Made by a program: the position numbers and the translations under genes
Notes under the pieces: generated by a model
Databases searched by the model: none
Seen by the model: the letters and a program-made list of their open reading frames with translations, nothing else
Told to the model about the DNA's origin: nothing
Assembly: GCA_023205875.1 (NCBI GenBank)
Contig: CP060754.1
Span: 434,001 to 498,000, forward strand
Direction of reading: 5' to 3'
DNA length: 64,000 bases
From: Chloropicon primus
Lineage: Eukaryota
In this document: positions 50,824 through 62,706 of the stretch, piece after piece
Layout of the letters: every line of letters begins with the position of its first letter
Position numbering within the stretch: the first letter of the stretch is position 1

Positions 50824-51565
50824 CTCTCTCCCCTCGCCCCTTCCTTCGCGCGCCTCGATTCCCGCAGTCGCACCACCACCAGCAGCCACGTCCCCTCTGA
50901 GCCTCTCTCTCACAATCTCCTTGTCGTCTCCTCTCAGCCGTTCAACATTTTCAGCGGAAATTTCGAAGGGGAATCCCTTCTGCAATGGAGGTCTGCTCGG
51001 CGCAGGACCGGGGGGCCAGGGGGATTGCGTTATCACTGAGGAAGGCGGCGTCAAGATTTTGCGTGGTGGTCGCGTGCCCATGATTCCCTCGCCCGCTCTC
51101 CGCTGCGGTCCGGGGGTTGGCTTCGGCAGAGACGTGCGTGCCTGACGCCGAGGCCGAGAAGATATTGAGGGTCCGGTGGGAGGGGGATCGACGCATCGAT
51201 CGGGCTGCGATTGCTCGCACGATTTGATGTAGGTTCTCGCTCCGTCCGCGGACTCTGAATCATCGAAACGACGTACATACGCGTGGATTGACTTTATTGA
51301 TGGATTTTATTGATGGATTTCTCGGTTAGCCCGCACTATCGGTCGGTGTCCCGGGCAGCGTTTCCCCCCTCGTCTAATTCTTCACAGCCAGACGCTTCGC
51401 GCCTTCACCGGCCCCAGCCAAGTGTGCGGCGGGACGACACCCTCCATCGAACCCAGCTTCACGGCGCAAATTTTGTATTGGTGTGCGACGACCGCCCCGA
51501 AACTCTCGCTGCGGTCTCTTTTGCCCTCTCGAGGCCCAAAGGCCCGACACCACCACGTCGACCTA

Positions 51566-52218
51566 CTACAGGCCATCATCGCTCTCGAACAGGCTTATCA
51601 TGTGCCCATCGGGAGCCCGCACCGCAGCAACCTGCAAAGCGAGGCCGAAGCACCCACAGAAAAAGGAAGGCTGAGTGAGTTCACACACGCGAACAAACAC
51701 GCACACGCACGCCCACAACCGTCCCTCGAAGTCTTCTTTCGACCCGTGTCCTCTTCGCCTGGCTGGCGCCTACCTTCCCGAAAGTCGGGTACCTTATCGG
51801 CCCATCCATGTGAGCCCCCAGCGAGAGGAGTCTGGTGAGCGTTCCCTGAAGGTCCTCGACGTTGAACGAAAGCATGGGCGAGTATCCCGTCGAGCGGAGT
51901 GCTTCCCTGCGCCGCCCGCCCACGAGGTGTAGAGAGCGACGCGTGGTCACAGGGTCAGAAGGGAGTTAGAGAGTGGGGGGGCGAGGTCGAGCGAAGAGGC
52001 GCTGCCAGCCCCCAGCGCCTTCGAGTTCGCCTTCGGAAAATCCCAACTCACCCTTCCACCTGCTTCAACGCTATCGTGTTTCCAGCGCTGCAAGTGAGCT
52101 CCGCATACTTGGGGCTCTCCGACGCCAGGTGCAGCCCGAGCCCCTTGGAGTAAAACTTGATGGCGTGTTGCACGTCCCGCTGCAGAAGCAGCACGTTCGC
52201 CAACCGGGCGCCGGCCAT
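51566..52218 (-). CDS. Glyoxalase/VOC-family small protein, 3 exons
   Basis: Spliced product MAGARLANVLLLQRDVQHAIKFYSKGLGL...STGYSPMLSFNVEDL...LGAHMDGPIRYPTFGK-VAAVRAPDGHMISLFE. Confidence 0.85.
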
Positions 52219-52676
52219 GGCTGTCTGTCGTTTTCTGGTGCGCTCCTCGTTTTTCGATGCAGATTTTCGACGGACAGATCTTGGAAAGGAAGGCGAAGGA
52301 GGGAGGGGGTTGGCCTGCAGGCCTGCTCTTTGGGGACCACAAGACCTTGCGGGCTTGCCTGAAGGCCGACGACTTCACTCTGTCCTTGTGGGCGGAGAGG
52401 CACGCCTTCCCCGTTATGGAGATCCCGAACGCGGAGATCAAGAAGCTCAAGGGGGCGATGGGCGACGAGGCCTGCCTCCTCATCGGGATGATGCCTCATG
52501 TGTCATTACTCAAAAACTTATTAATAATCTCCTTCGCTGCCCGGGGATGGTGCTGTGGGCACGGGCAAGCTCAACCGATCACGCTGGTCCCTCGGGCTGG
52601 ACTGCGCTGGGGTCCACTGATCAAAGAGGATACCCCCGCGCGTTGGTTGGTTGCGATGGGTTCCTTCGCCGAGAAC

Positions 52677-53472
52677 TCAAATGACCCCGGCCTCCTTGAG
52701 CCTTTCCTCGAGCTTGCCTTGCTGGTGCATTCGGGTAATGTCTGTTTCAGTGCCATCAGGGGCGGGCGGGGAGGCAAGAGCGCAGTTCGGTGTCAGGACA
52801 AGAGGAAATCCTGGGCAGAAAAGAGATCGAGAGCGTCGTCGTACCGTCACAGCCTCCTATGCTTTTGCCCTTGATGAAAATGTTGGGAACCTGGGAGAGG
52901 CAACGGCGCGGAGTTAGTTTCGCAAGCTTCGGCAAGTTCCAAGGAAATGCAATTTCACCGAAAAAAAGGTGACCCACCGTTCTCTGCCCAGTAATCTCCT
53001 TGAGAGCGTTCTGCACCTCTGCCCCATTCTCTGTTTTCATTTTTTTGGGGGGGAAGCAAGGGAAAGGGGAGTCGAAAGCCGTGGTCAGCGAGCCGAAACA
53101 CACAAACGGACATACACAGAGAGAGAGAGAGAGAGACACAGAGAGACACACAGAGAGAGAACACGCGTACCTATCTGATTGAGCTCAACGGCGTTGAAAG
53201 TTACTTTCATCGAATCCAGCAGACTTTTGGCTACAACGTGGAAAGGCGAGTCAAAATCCTTGTCAGTTGGTCCCTTCGCGCCGACGAGCGTCAGGATTGG
53301 AAGCCCACGGGAGTCCATACCGCAGGCCTCGGGCCACCCCCGCTTTGCCCCTCCCCCTCGCTCCCCTAAACCCCTCACCTCTTGCGCAGTATCCACAAGT
53401 CGTCTTGGAGAAAATAACGAGCGGAGAACCTGTCACGATTTGTTCCACTTGCTTCACGAACTTGGACGCCAT
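52677..53472 (-). CDS. Dithiol glutaredoxin (CGYC), 5 exons
   Basis: FSKTTCGYCAR, TGQRT-VPNIFIKGKSIGGCD, DITRMHQQGKLEERL*; four GT-AG introns. Confidence 0.9.
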
Positions 53473-53698
53473 CCTGGAGTACCAATAACAAACAATCAAA
53501 CTCCTCCACGAATTGAATTGAATCCTCTCCCGTCGTCCCAGCGTTCCGTGTCTCTATCCCTCTATCCACTAGCACCGCGCGCGCCCCTCAAAAAAATAAG
53601 TTTTTTTCCGTCCCCGTCTCCCCCTTCTCTTCAAGAAGAGAGCTCGAGACGAGAGGTGAGCTCGAGAGAGTGCAGTTGGTTTGCTTGGTTTGGACGAG

Positions 53699-54631
53699 AT
53701 GGCGACGAGTGGTGGGGTGCCAGGACACCCGACGTTCGATTTGGATCGGCTGATTCGGTCGTGCCTCGCGGAGGACCTGGGGGACCGGGGCGATATCACG
53801 TCCCACGCGACAGTGGGCGAAAACGTAACGGCACAGGGCGTGTTCATAGCCAAGGAGGGTGGTGTGGTCGCGGGCGTTGAAGTTGCGGAGCGCGTGTTCG
53901 CACTCGTGGACGACGGCGTGGAGCGCAGGTGGTCGGTGAGCGACGGTGAGGTCGTCCGAGAGGGCGACGTGTTGGGAAGGATAGAAGGGAAGGCCTCCTC
54001 TCTCTTGGCGGCTGAGAGGCTGGCCCTGAACTTCATGCAGAGGATGAGCGGGGTGGCGACTCTGACGTCGAGAATGAAGGAGAGACTCGGGGAGAGCCCG
54101 ACGAAGATTCTGGACACGAGGAAGACGGTCCCGGGCTTGCGCGTTCTGGACAAGTGGGCGGTCCTTCTAGGCGGGGGAACCGGGCACAGGATGGGGTTGT
54201 ACGACATGATGATGATCAAGGACAACCACATCGCCGCGGCCGGGGGCATCGAGAAGGCCTTGGAGAGGGCAGACGCGTACCTCGGGAGGGAGAACTTCGT
54301 GGTGCCGGTTGAGATCGAGGTGGAGACGCTTGAGCAGGTGGACAGAGTGATGGCTTACTTTGAGAAAACGCCAAAGACGTTTTTGACGCGAGTGATGCTG
54401 GACAATATGGTGAAGAAAACGGGGGACGGGCAATACGACACGACGCTGCTCAATACGAGCGTGGAAAGAATTGGCGGGAAGCTGGAAACCGAAGCCTCCG
54501 GCAACATCAACCTGCGGAGTGTGGAGGCTGTCGGGAAAACAGGTGTGCAGTTCATCTCGTCTGGGGCGTTGACGCACTCTGTCCAAGCACTCGATATTTC
54601 CCTGAAGTTGAAGACGAATGGGGCGGCCTAA
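53699..54631 (+). CDS. nadC: Quinolinate phosphoribosyltransferase
   Basis: LAEDLGDRGDITS, AERLALNFMQRMSGVAT, DTRKTVPGLR, HRMGLYD, IKDNH, MLDNM, EASGNI. Confidence 0.96.
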   Translation: MATSGGVPGHPTFDLDRLIRSCLAEDLGDRGDITSHATVGENVTAQGVFIAKEGGVVAGVEVAERVFALVDDGVERRWSVSDGEVVREGDVLGRIEGKASSLLAAERLALNFMQRMSGVATLTSRMKERLGESPTKILDTRKTVPGLRVLDKWAVLLGGGTGHRMGLYDMMMIKDNHIAAAGGIEKALERADAYLGRENFVVPVEIEVETLEQVDRVMAYFEKTPKTFLTRVMLDNMVKKTGDGQYDTTLLNTSVERIGGKLETEASGNINLRSVEAVGKTGVQFISSGALTHSVQALDISLKLKTNGAA

Positions 54632-54714
54632 GTCGAAACAAGTCCTCGGCGGTTCCAATTTTGACACCTTGTTGCTAAATTATTACTTTTGTCTAGGTTT
54701 TAGGTTCAATCGTC

Positions 54715-56157
54715 TCAAGACCACCTCGACGACCTCCCTTGCCTCTGCCTCTTTCTGTCTTGATCGTGGGATCTCTCCATTGGTCTCTTGTGATGCCCCC
54801 CGCCTTGGTGGTGGAAGTTGCCTGGGCCCCTGCTCGAGAACCCCCCCGGAGAGCCCATGGACCCCCCGAGGCCTGGAATAACGTTGCTCCTGGCGCCTGC
54901 GTGACTGAGGGACTGAGGGACGTTCAGACCAGCAGTGGGCATGAAGCTGTCCTCCATCTTCACCTTCTCCTTGTGGGTGTCACCTGGCCTGGTCCTCCCC
55001 CAAAATTTCGTCGAGTTGTCGTGACTGCAGCTCGCGAGGACGTGCCCCATTGGGTGCCACGCCAGCCCGCGAACGGCGGTCTCATGCCCGTTTCTCACGT
55101 CTGCCTGCGGCACCGCGTTTGGAACCAACCAGTAAAGTATCGAGCCGTCGTACCCACCGCTGACAAAGAGGTCCTCGTGAACGGGGTGCCAGCAGATGCT
55201 TGTGATGTCCCGGTTCTGTCCCTTGTACGTCTGGAGCTGCTTCATCATCCTGATGTCGAAGATCTTCAGGACCTGGTCCCTGCCCCCGCTGAGAATCCAG
55301 TTCCCGTTCCTGTTCCACTCACAGCACATCACGGTGCTCTTGTGCCCGTGCAAGTTGGTCAAACACTTGCCCGACTTCGGATCCCACAGTTTGATCATGC
55401 TATCCTTGCTGCAGGACGCAACGAGGGCCTTCCGGGGGTGCCAACTCACGCCCTTTACGTCTCCTCCGTGGCCAGAGAGCTGGTGCTCGACCTTACCCTC
55501 GGCAAAGTCCCAGATCTTCACGGTGGTGTCATCGGACGCCGAGGCAAACTTGGCGTCAGACGGAGAGAAGGACAAGTCCCAAACGGACTCGCGGTGGGCG
55601 TCCGGGATTTGCCTGGCCTTGTTCAGCGTCGTCGTCCAGTACTGGATCCCGCCCCCGTCGTCCCCCGAAATAAGCCAGTTCTCGCTGTGACTGTACTTCA
55701 TGCTCCGAACAGCATTCTGGTTCGCCTGGATGATCGTCTCGAAGTTGAAGCACATGCCGTTCCACAGCGTGAACTCGCCACTCTGGCAGCCGGTCAGGAG
55801 GCGCCTTCCTCCCGGGGTCCACACCAGAGCGTTCACCGGGCACTTGATTTTGTTGGTGCTCACGTGCACAAACTTGGTGTTGAAATTGCTTGCGGGCGTC
55901 TCGCCGTAGGACTTGGCCGGAAGCATGTCCAGGGTGCCCGCGGGCACTGGTTTCAGCAGCGGGCTCTCCTCCTCGAACTGGCAACGCTCGTACTCGAGCA
56001 TTTGCTTGATCACAGTTCCCGTGTAGTCCAAAATCCTCCGGTTCACTGCCCTGTGCAGACTGTCGTCCAACCCTTTCGGCTGCCTCGCCACATGCGGCCT
56101 CGCCACCATCTGGTACGGGTTGTTGTGGCGGTACTGCATGAAGGGACTCTCCTGCAT
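54715..56157 (-). CDS. WDR33: WD40 3'-end processing factor WDR33/PFS2/FY
   Basis: [45 protein letters not shown], seven WD repeats, [10 protein letters not shown]. Confidence 0.92.
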   Translation of the reverse strand: MQESPFMQYRHNNPYQMVARPHVARQPKGLDDSLHRAVNRRILDYTGTVIKQMLEYERCQFEEESPLLKPVPAGTLDMLPAKSYGETPASNFNTKFVHVSTNKIKCPVNALVWTPGGRRLLTGCQSGEFTLWNGMCFNFETIIQANQNAVRSMKYSHSENWLISGDDGGGIQYWTTTLNKARQIPDAHRESVWDLSFSPSDAKFASASDDTTVKIWDFAEGKVEHQLSGHGGDVKGVSWHPRKALVASCSKDSMIKLWDPKSGKCLTNLHGHKSTVMCCEWNRNGNWILSGGRDQVLKIFDIRMMKQLQTYKGQNRDITSICWHPVHEDLFVSGGYDGSILYWLVPNAVPQADVRNGHETAVRGLAWHPMGHVLASCSHDNSTKFWGRTRPGDTHKEKVKMEDSFMPTAGLNVPQSLSHAGARSNVIPGLGGSMGSPGGFSSRGPGNFHHQGGGHHKRPMERSHDQDRKRQRQGRSSRWS

Positions 56158-56607
56158 CGTGGCTCCTCTTCCTAAAACAAACACACGCTCTCCTCCTCCT
56201 CTCAATACCCCGCTGTTGCCCAGCACACCACCAGATCCTCGTCAACCTCTTCGATCGAAAGCTCAGCAAAGAACAGCCAGCCTTTCTCGTGGCCTGCCCC
56301 TCGTACCACCTCTCGCGTCCTTGATCCACCTCTGGCTGTGGTCTCCCTCTCTCCCGGCACCGAGGAGCTGGGGGAAAGGAAAATCATCAATCTCAACCCT
56401 GTGAACTGTGAACTGTGAACTGTGTGGAGGGAGGGAGGGCAACACCAAGGCCTGGGCTTGAGAGTAGCGGTGTGCGACGGAGCGAAGAAGAGGGGGGTTC
56501 CCTCACCTCGTAGAAAGCAGTTTCTTCTCCTTTTTCGAGTCCTTGAAACCTTCCGCAGGCCAGGGAAACCAAGGCTTGTTTGGATAAGGACAAACTGGGA
56601 GCGAGAG

Positions 56608-57976
56608 ATGAACTGCAGCAAGGTGGCGATGAGGGTTTGCGGCCCGGTTCTCGGTCGCAGGATGATGGCATCCACCAGGGCGAAGGTCGCGGTCACGTCG
56701 CAGCGAGCTTTGGTGAAGGAGATGAACGAGTTGACGCTTCTGGGGAAGAGCGTGAACGAGCTGGAGAAAATTGCGGAGGACGTTCTGGGGGAGAAGAAGT
56801 TCCGCGGAAAGCAGATTTACCAGGTAAGCTTCCTTTCCTCTGGCCCGGCGGCATGAGCACTGACGTGTGCCCGCCTTTTCCATCTTCCTCTCTGTCAGCA
56901 TCTGGTCCGAGGTGTAGAGCACATCGACGATATGACATCTCTGAGCAAAGATTTTCGTTCCAGGCTGAAGGACGAAGGCTACGTGGTAGGGCGCTCCCGG
57001 GTTCATTCGAAGAAGGTCTCCAAGGATGGGACGACCAAGCTCCTTCTCGAGCTATCGGACGGCCAGATTGTTGAGTGCGTTGGAATTCCAGTCGATGACG
57101 CGAACAAGGATAGACTGACGGTGTGCGTGTCAAGCCAGGTTGGCTGCGCGATGGCTTGCACCTTCTGCGCGACGGGTAAAATGGGGTTCTCCCGGGACCT
57201 GACGGCTGGCGAGATCGTGGACCAAGTCTTTCACATCCAGGAGTGCTTTGAAGGGCAGCGGGTGTCGAACATCGTGTACATGGGCATGGGTGAGCCAATG
57301 ATGAACCTGAGCAACGTGGTGGCGAGTGAGCAGTTTCTTAACAAGGGCCTGGCGGTCGGAGCTAGACACATCACCATCTCCACGGTTGGCGTGCCCAACA
57401 CCATCAGGAGGCTCGCGGAGCACAAGCTGCAAATCATCCTCGCCATTTCGCTCCACGCGCCGAACCAAAAGCTGAGAGAGGAGCTCATCCCGACCGCAAA
57501 GGCGTATCCTCTCCATGAGATCATGAAGGACTGTGTGCACTACTTCAACGAAACCGGGAGAAGGATTTCGTTCGAGTACATACTGATAGCGGACAAGAAT
57601 GACTCTCTCGATGACGCAAAGGAGTTGGCTGAGCTCCTGCAGTCTCACGGGAACGAGATGATGCAGTCTCACGTCAATCTGATTCCGTGGAATGCCATCG
57701 ACGACAGCGGTGAGTTTTTCTTTTCCTCTCGATTCTTTTGAGTGATTGCAATTCTGTTTCCCTGTACTGAAAGCGACAACTCTTTTCCTTCCCGTTCTAG
57801 ACTTCAAGAGGCCGAGCAGAAACCGAGTGATGGCCTTCATGCGTGCGCTGAAGAGGGCCGGGGTGAACAGCGTGAGCGTGAGGAGAGCCAGGGGCTCCGA
57901 GGAGGGGGCTGCGTGCGGCCAACTCAGGAATAACTTGAAGAAGACAGAGTTGCAGAAAAAATTAAGTGTTTCCTGA
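56608..57976 (+). CDS. rlmN: Dual-specificity RNA methyltransferase RlmN (radical SAM), organellar, 3 exons
   Basis: CVSSQVGCAMACTFCATG, MGMGEP, ISTVG, SLHAP, VNLIPWN, AACGQL. Confidence 0.93.
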
Positions 57977-58101
57977 ACTGTAATCAATCGGGGGTTTTGG
58001 TCGAAGGCACGAAGCGTGCAAAGAGAGAAATTTTATGTTACAAGGATGCCGATACGAGAGCACGCGCCCTGGAAAGGCTCACTGCTTTGCGCTCTTCTTC
58101 T

Positions 58102-58521
58102 TCACTCCAACTCCAAAAAGTCAAGCCTCTTCAGCATGGTGCCTCTTATGCGCTGCTCCTCTTTCTCCGCCTCCTGCGCTTTCCTGATCTCTGCCGGGGA
58201 CACGCGCTGGAGGGTGAGCGGGTACTCCTTCCCGTCGTCGATTCTGCCCATCAAAACGACGTTCTCCCCCCTGAGTAAATAAATACTGCCCAAAGGAATG
58301 TCACAATACTGTTTACCGACTATGATCCGCTCGTAAGGGTCTTGGAAGACGAGGTTGGCGAACTGGTCGCACGATCGGAAGAGTCCCACTATTTTCCGGC
58401 CATCCCGCAGCACGACGAGCTGCTTGTGATCTAGCTCCTCAATCAAGGCCTTCGCGTGGAGCGGAGTTCGGACTTGATGTCTGTTCGCAAGCCTATCCTG
58501 CCCCTGTCCCCCCTGGTCCAT
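58102..58521 (-). CDS. LSM1: Sm-like protein LSM1
   Basis: LVVLRDGRKIVGLFRSCDQFANLV...ERIIVG...IPLG.IYLLRGENVVLMG. Confidence 0.9.
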   Translation of the reverse strand: MDQGGQGQDRLANRHQVRTPLHAKALIEELDHKQLVVLRDGRKIVGLFRSCDQFANLVFQDPYERIIVGKQYCDIPLGSIYLLRGENVVLMGRIDDGKEYPLTLQRVSPAEIRKAQEAEKEEQRIRGTMLKRLDFLELE

Positions 58522-58560
58522 CTCGCCTCTTTCGACCAAAAAACAAGACACACTCACTGA

Positions 58561-58605
58561 CTCTCTCTCTCTCTCTCTGTCACACACACACACACACACA
58601 CACAC

Positions 58606-58636
<31 letters not shown>
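58561..58636. repeat. Compound microsatellite (CT)n-(CA)n-(CGA)n
   Basis: Directly visible simple repeats upstream of LSM1. Confidence 0.9.
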
Positions 58637-59059
58637 CCAACTCTCCCGTCCACTCTCTCCCGTCCAACTTGCTTCCATCGACGACGACCCAACCAGGGTG
58701 TACCCGATATTACACCTGTTCTTCCGACCTTTGAAAGCTCCGTGGGTTCTGCTGTGTAGTCGGGCCTTGCTGTACGGAGGAAGGAACGTTGGAGGACAGA
58801 AAACGAGAGTGGCATAATAGTAAATCACTTGCTGCTGCTGGGAGCTCTTCCCACGATTCCTTCCGGCTTTCGTGTCCTTTCTCTCTGGCTGTTCTTTTAA
58901 GGTTATAGTAATGAATTTCAGCCATTTCACAGGAGGAAGAAAAAAGAACCAGGAGCAGCATATTGTAGAAATGGTCTTGTTCCACTTCCATCCCTTCCCA
59001 ACGTGATGGTGGCGACTTTCCCTGGCGATACTATGGCGTCTACAACGTAAAACCAATCA

Positions 59060-59736
59060 CGCTCACCATGTAGCACCCCATCTAAGCGTCATCATGATGT
59101 ATTTGACATCATCGTATGTACGGTGCCCTACTAAGGATGATCACCTCAGAGGTGGTGGACATACATGAATGCATGGCCATGGGCATGGTCAATGCTACGA
59201 CTGTACTACCATCATTCTAGTGTCCATGTTATGCTGTCTCTTGGGCCCATGCTATGGTAATGCAGTGCATGTCGTGCATGGACCACATTGAAGCTCACAA
59301 GCCCATGTATGGTTGACATGCCCATGAAGTGGTGACATATTCATGTAGTGACGCCTTGCTGCACGTGGGACGATGTCAATGAAGTATAGTGATGTTTCAG
59401 TCGTCTAGTACTGGTATTGATGTTGTTGTGGCCCATGTACTGCCCATGGTATCCCCAGTGGTCGAGACCGGCCCATGTGCATATGTAGAGTTCATTGCAG
59501 GCAGTATACTCGTGTAGAAGTTGGCTTTGTACGGTGAGTTGAGGCACCATTGTTGTTGCATTGTGCTCGTTGTTGTACTTGCACTTGACAGGTTGTACGG
59601 GGTGTGGTGCCGGATATAGGGCCCCAAGTCCATTGAGCCCGTGCTGTAATGCTTGCCACGCATTGGACGGTGCGCGCTTTGAACGTGCAGTGAACTGCTC
59701 CCCGGCGGCATCAGGAGTCTTAAGGTCAGTGCCCAT
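59060..59736 (-). pseudogene. CpG-decayed relic of a coding sequence (possible transposon or viral remnant)
   Basis: 17 CATG in ~59065-59480 and only 2 CpG in 59161-59340 by hand count; 131-codon minus-strand frame continues 42 codons past a TGA to another TGA. Confidence 0.55.
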
Positions 59737-59811
59737 TACGCGTACGATCGTCCCTTAGGTGCTGAGGGCTCGGTCCTTGCGAAGTTCTCCAAGATACGAG
59801 GTGTACGAACA

Positions 59812-60999
59812 ATGAGCGGCAGATTGCGTCCGAGCATGCAGACAGGGAGGTCTGAGAGGCAGAACAAGCGAGAAACGGGGGGAAGTGGGAAATATTTGCA
59901 CTGGGACGGAAAGGTAACTGCACTCGAGGACTCCAACTACTTCTTCTCCTACAGCTACCTCATAAGTCAGATGGATATGCTGTACGACCCCGTCCGTATG
60001 GACGCCTACCGGACAGCAATAGATGAGAACAAGGACAACTTTTCGGGTAAAGTGGTCCTGGACGTTGGCTGCGGGACCGGGGTTCTCTCCATCTTGGCTG
60101 CCAGAGCCGGGGCCAGAAAGGTGTATGCCGTGGAGGCCACGAATGCGGCCAAGTACGCCAGGAAGCTGGTGGGAGGTCACGGCCTGGAAGACGTCGTGAC
60201 CGTGCTCGAGTGCTGCGTGGAGGAGGCGGACCTGCCAGAGAAGGTGGATATCATCGTATCCGAGTTCATGGGCCACTTCCTCCTGCGGGAGTCCATGATA
60301 GACAGCGTGATCCTTGCGAGGGACAAGTTCCTGAAGAGCACCGGAGCCATCTACCCTTCCCACTGCAAGATGTTCCTCGCCGCAGCTACTTCGTCGAGGC
60401 ACGTTGAGGACAGAATGGAAGCCCACGACGAATCTCTCGAGGAGTTCGACGAGGTGAAAGATTACATGTTCAACGAATGCGAGATCGACTTGACGTGCCT
60501 GTCGCACATGTACAAGGACGAGGTGCGAGAGCTCGCCCTGCACTCGAGCTGCAGCGTGCACCTCGAGGCGAACGAGTTACTCGGACCTCCCGTGGCGGTA
60601 AAGGAAATTGATCTTCTCACCGCAACTCATGATGACGTGAAGGGCGTGAGCCAGAGCTTCTGCATCGATTTGGATCCCAGCATGGACAAGGAGAAGAGAA
60701 GGAACTTCGATCTTTGGGTCGGCTGGTTCGCGGTTCAATTCAATGGGTCGCCGGACAACCCCTCTCTAGTCCAAGTGGAGTGTGACACGGGGCCGTACAA
60801 CGACGAGACTCACTGGAGCCACGAAGGGTTCATCGTGCACCCTCCCATCGATCTGACCGGCGCCAGCAAGGTCCAGGGCCAAATAGAGATGACCAGGAAG
60901 GAAGCGAACTGGCGTCTGTACGACGTGAAGATCTCGCACAGAGCTTGCTCGGGGGAGCAGAGCGGAGAAGAGGTCTCCAAGACGTACTACCTGAAGTGA
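59812..60999 (+). CDS. Protein arginine N-methyltransferase (PRMT10-like)
   Basis: VVLDVGCGTGVLS, VYAVEA, VDIIVSEFMGHFLLRESMIDSV double-E loop, THW loop. Confidence 0.92.
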   Translation: MSGRLRPSMQTGRSERQNKRETGGSGKYLHWDGKVTALEDSNYFFSYSYLISQMDMLYDPVRMDAYRTAIDENKDNFSGKVVLDVGCGTGVLSILAARAGARKVYAVEATNAAKYARKLVGGHGLEDVVTVLECCVEEADLPEKVDIIVSEFMGHFLLRESMIDSVILARDKFLKSTGAIYPSHCKMFLAAATSSRHVEDRMEAHDESLEEFDEVKDYMFNECEIDLTCLSHMYKDEVRELALHSSCSVHLEANELLGPPVAVKEIDLLTATHDDVKGVSQSFCIDLDPSMDKEKRRNFDLWVGWFAVQFNGSPDNPSLVQVECDTGPYNDETHWSHEGFIVHPPIDLTGASKVQGQIEMTRKEANWRLYDVKISHRACSGEQSGEEVSKTYYLK

Positions 61000-61205
61000 C
61001 TTGGTGGACTGTGGACACGCGCGGCGTTTAACATGAAGAGTGTTTGTTGCTTTCAGAATCTTTGTGAATCGATAGGATCTTTCTGTAGCAGTATTAAACT
61101 ATAAATAAATCTTTTGAGAAATCGAACAACAACAACAATCGAACCTTTGCTCCTGCCTCCTGGGTTTGCTCCTCGCCCTCCTTAGAAATTGAGGCCAGCA
61201 GCAGG

Positions 61206-62011
61206 ATGGTGGGGGGGGCGGTCGGGCAGGGCACCCGAAGCTGCTTGGCTCCGACTTCAAGGTCAGCGGCGGTGAGCGCGAAGTCGTTCCAGGGAAGGCG
61301 GACGGTGCTGCTCGCGCTCTCCTTCGTTCCGTCGCAGCTCCTTGCGAACCGGAATCCGGCTCGTGCGAGCATCCCACTGAAGAATAATAATCTGGCGGGA
61401 GTACGGAACAGGGATCTACCAGTACCAAGTCGAGAGAAAGGTCTTCCCGGATCGACGAGCTCGGAGGGTGCGCTGGAGTCTTTTCTTGAGGCCAGAGCTC
61501 TGGTGGCGAGTGGAGATTACGCGGCAGCGTTCGAGAAATATGATGCCGTTGTCAATACTGCCCCCGGGAGCTCAGGGATAGCGGAGTACTCCAGGCTGGG
61601 TAGAGCGATTACGAGATATGAGGTACGCCTTCCATGTTTTCTTCCCCTCCGAGTCGGGCAGGGGCGACTTGAAACTTTTCGAGCTCCGTGCGCACTCTTC
61701 TCCTCTTCGCCGCTGACCTCTATGTCTGCTTCGTCGTCGTCAACGGCTTGGCATGGAATTAGGTTGGGGACAAGAGGAGGGCAGTCATCGAGATCGAGTA
61801 TGAGGTGCTGAATACAGTCGGGATCCCGGAGGCGCACGCTGCCCTGGCCAGTGCCAGCTGGGCCTCGGGGAAGGCGAGTCTCGCTGAAACGCAGTGGGAG
61901 GTCGCGATGGAGTTCGACAAGAGGTTCTCGGACGTCGCGTGGGTCAAGAAGAACTACCATTGGGGGCCAGAGCTCATGGGGGCTCTGGAGAGCTTCTTGA
62001 ATCTGAGCTGA
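61206..62011 (+). CDS. TPR-repeat protein, probably plastid-targeted; intron about 61623-61762
   Basis: Transit-like N-terminus; helical repeats ARALVASGDYAAAFEKYD and PEAHAALASASWASGKASLAETQW...DKRFSDVAWVKKNYHW. Confidence 0.7.
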
Positions 62012-62114
62012 ATTGGACCGAATAAATAATGAGCTGACGCGCTCAATCAACTCGAAACAATAACTATGTTACACTACGTTTTTCATCCGACCGAAAGATA
62101 GCCTCCTCTCCTCC

Positions 62115-62526
62115 TCAGTTCTTGAAAAAAGGCTTGAAGTTCCGGGCTACGTACGGCTTCAGCTGGTGTGTTTGTGCGGAAAGAGGCAAAGCGATAGCAG
62201 ACAGACAAGGGTGGAAGCAGAGCCCGTAAAAAACGTCAGTTTTCTTTTCCCACTCCGTGTCCGCCAAATTCCACGAAGGAGCCTAGAAACCTTCTCTTTC
62301 GTCTTACCTCAAAGCTATTTAGGTCTGGCACGATGTACCTCGGTATCTTGTGCGCGAGTATCGTGTAACCCCCATACTTTGTGTGCTTTCCCACGGACTT
62401 GACGCCCTTCCCTTTGACGTAGCCTTTCTTCGCCCGCTTCGCGTCCAGAGTTTTCCACCCTTTTCGAGGGACGATCCTCCTTCCCCTCGCGAACGCATTC
62501 AGGATTCCACTCACCACACCACTCAT
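62115..62526 (-). CDS. MRPL41: Mitochondrial ribosomal protein mL41 (MRP-L27 family), 2 exons
   Basis: KRAKKGYVKGKGVKSVGKHTKYGGY...PRYIVPDLNSFE spliced to LKPYVA. Confidence 0.88.
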
Positions 62527-62706
62527 AGTCCCTCCCTCCCTCCCTCTCTCCCACAACCCAACGCCAACACGCGCCCGCCCGCCAACCTTCTTCTTCGTCG
62601 TCCTCCTCTCCTCCCCCAGTCCGGTTCGTGGTGGCAGCTCCGTCTCTCTCTCTCTCCAAGCGCAGCAGCACGAACGCGAACCTGGCTTGGGTCGAGAGGG
62701 ACGGGG

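Noticed and set aside
51220..51330. TGATG...CTGA stretch and repeated TTATTGATGGATT as a C/D snoRNA
   Set aside because: Imperfect C box, too short, no recognisable rRNA guide
52560..52680. Hairpin-like sequence downstream of the glutaredoxin TGA as a possible SECIS element
   Set aside because: No RUGA/GA core with an apical AA seen; the TGA is at the normal glutaredoxin C-terminus and the active site is Cys-based (CGYC)
56401..56424. Short tandem repeats (GTGAACT x3; also GCTCTC at ~1290-1320 and AGAAGC at ~32225-32260) as CRISPR-like or regulatory arrays
   Set aside because: Simple slippage repeats without spacers, common in these intergenic regions
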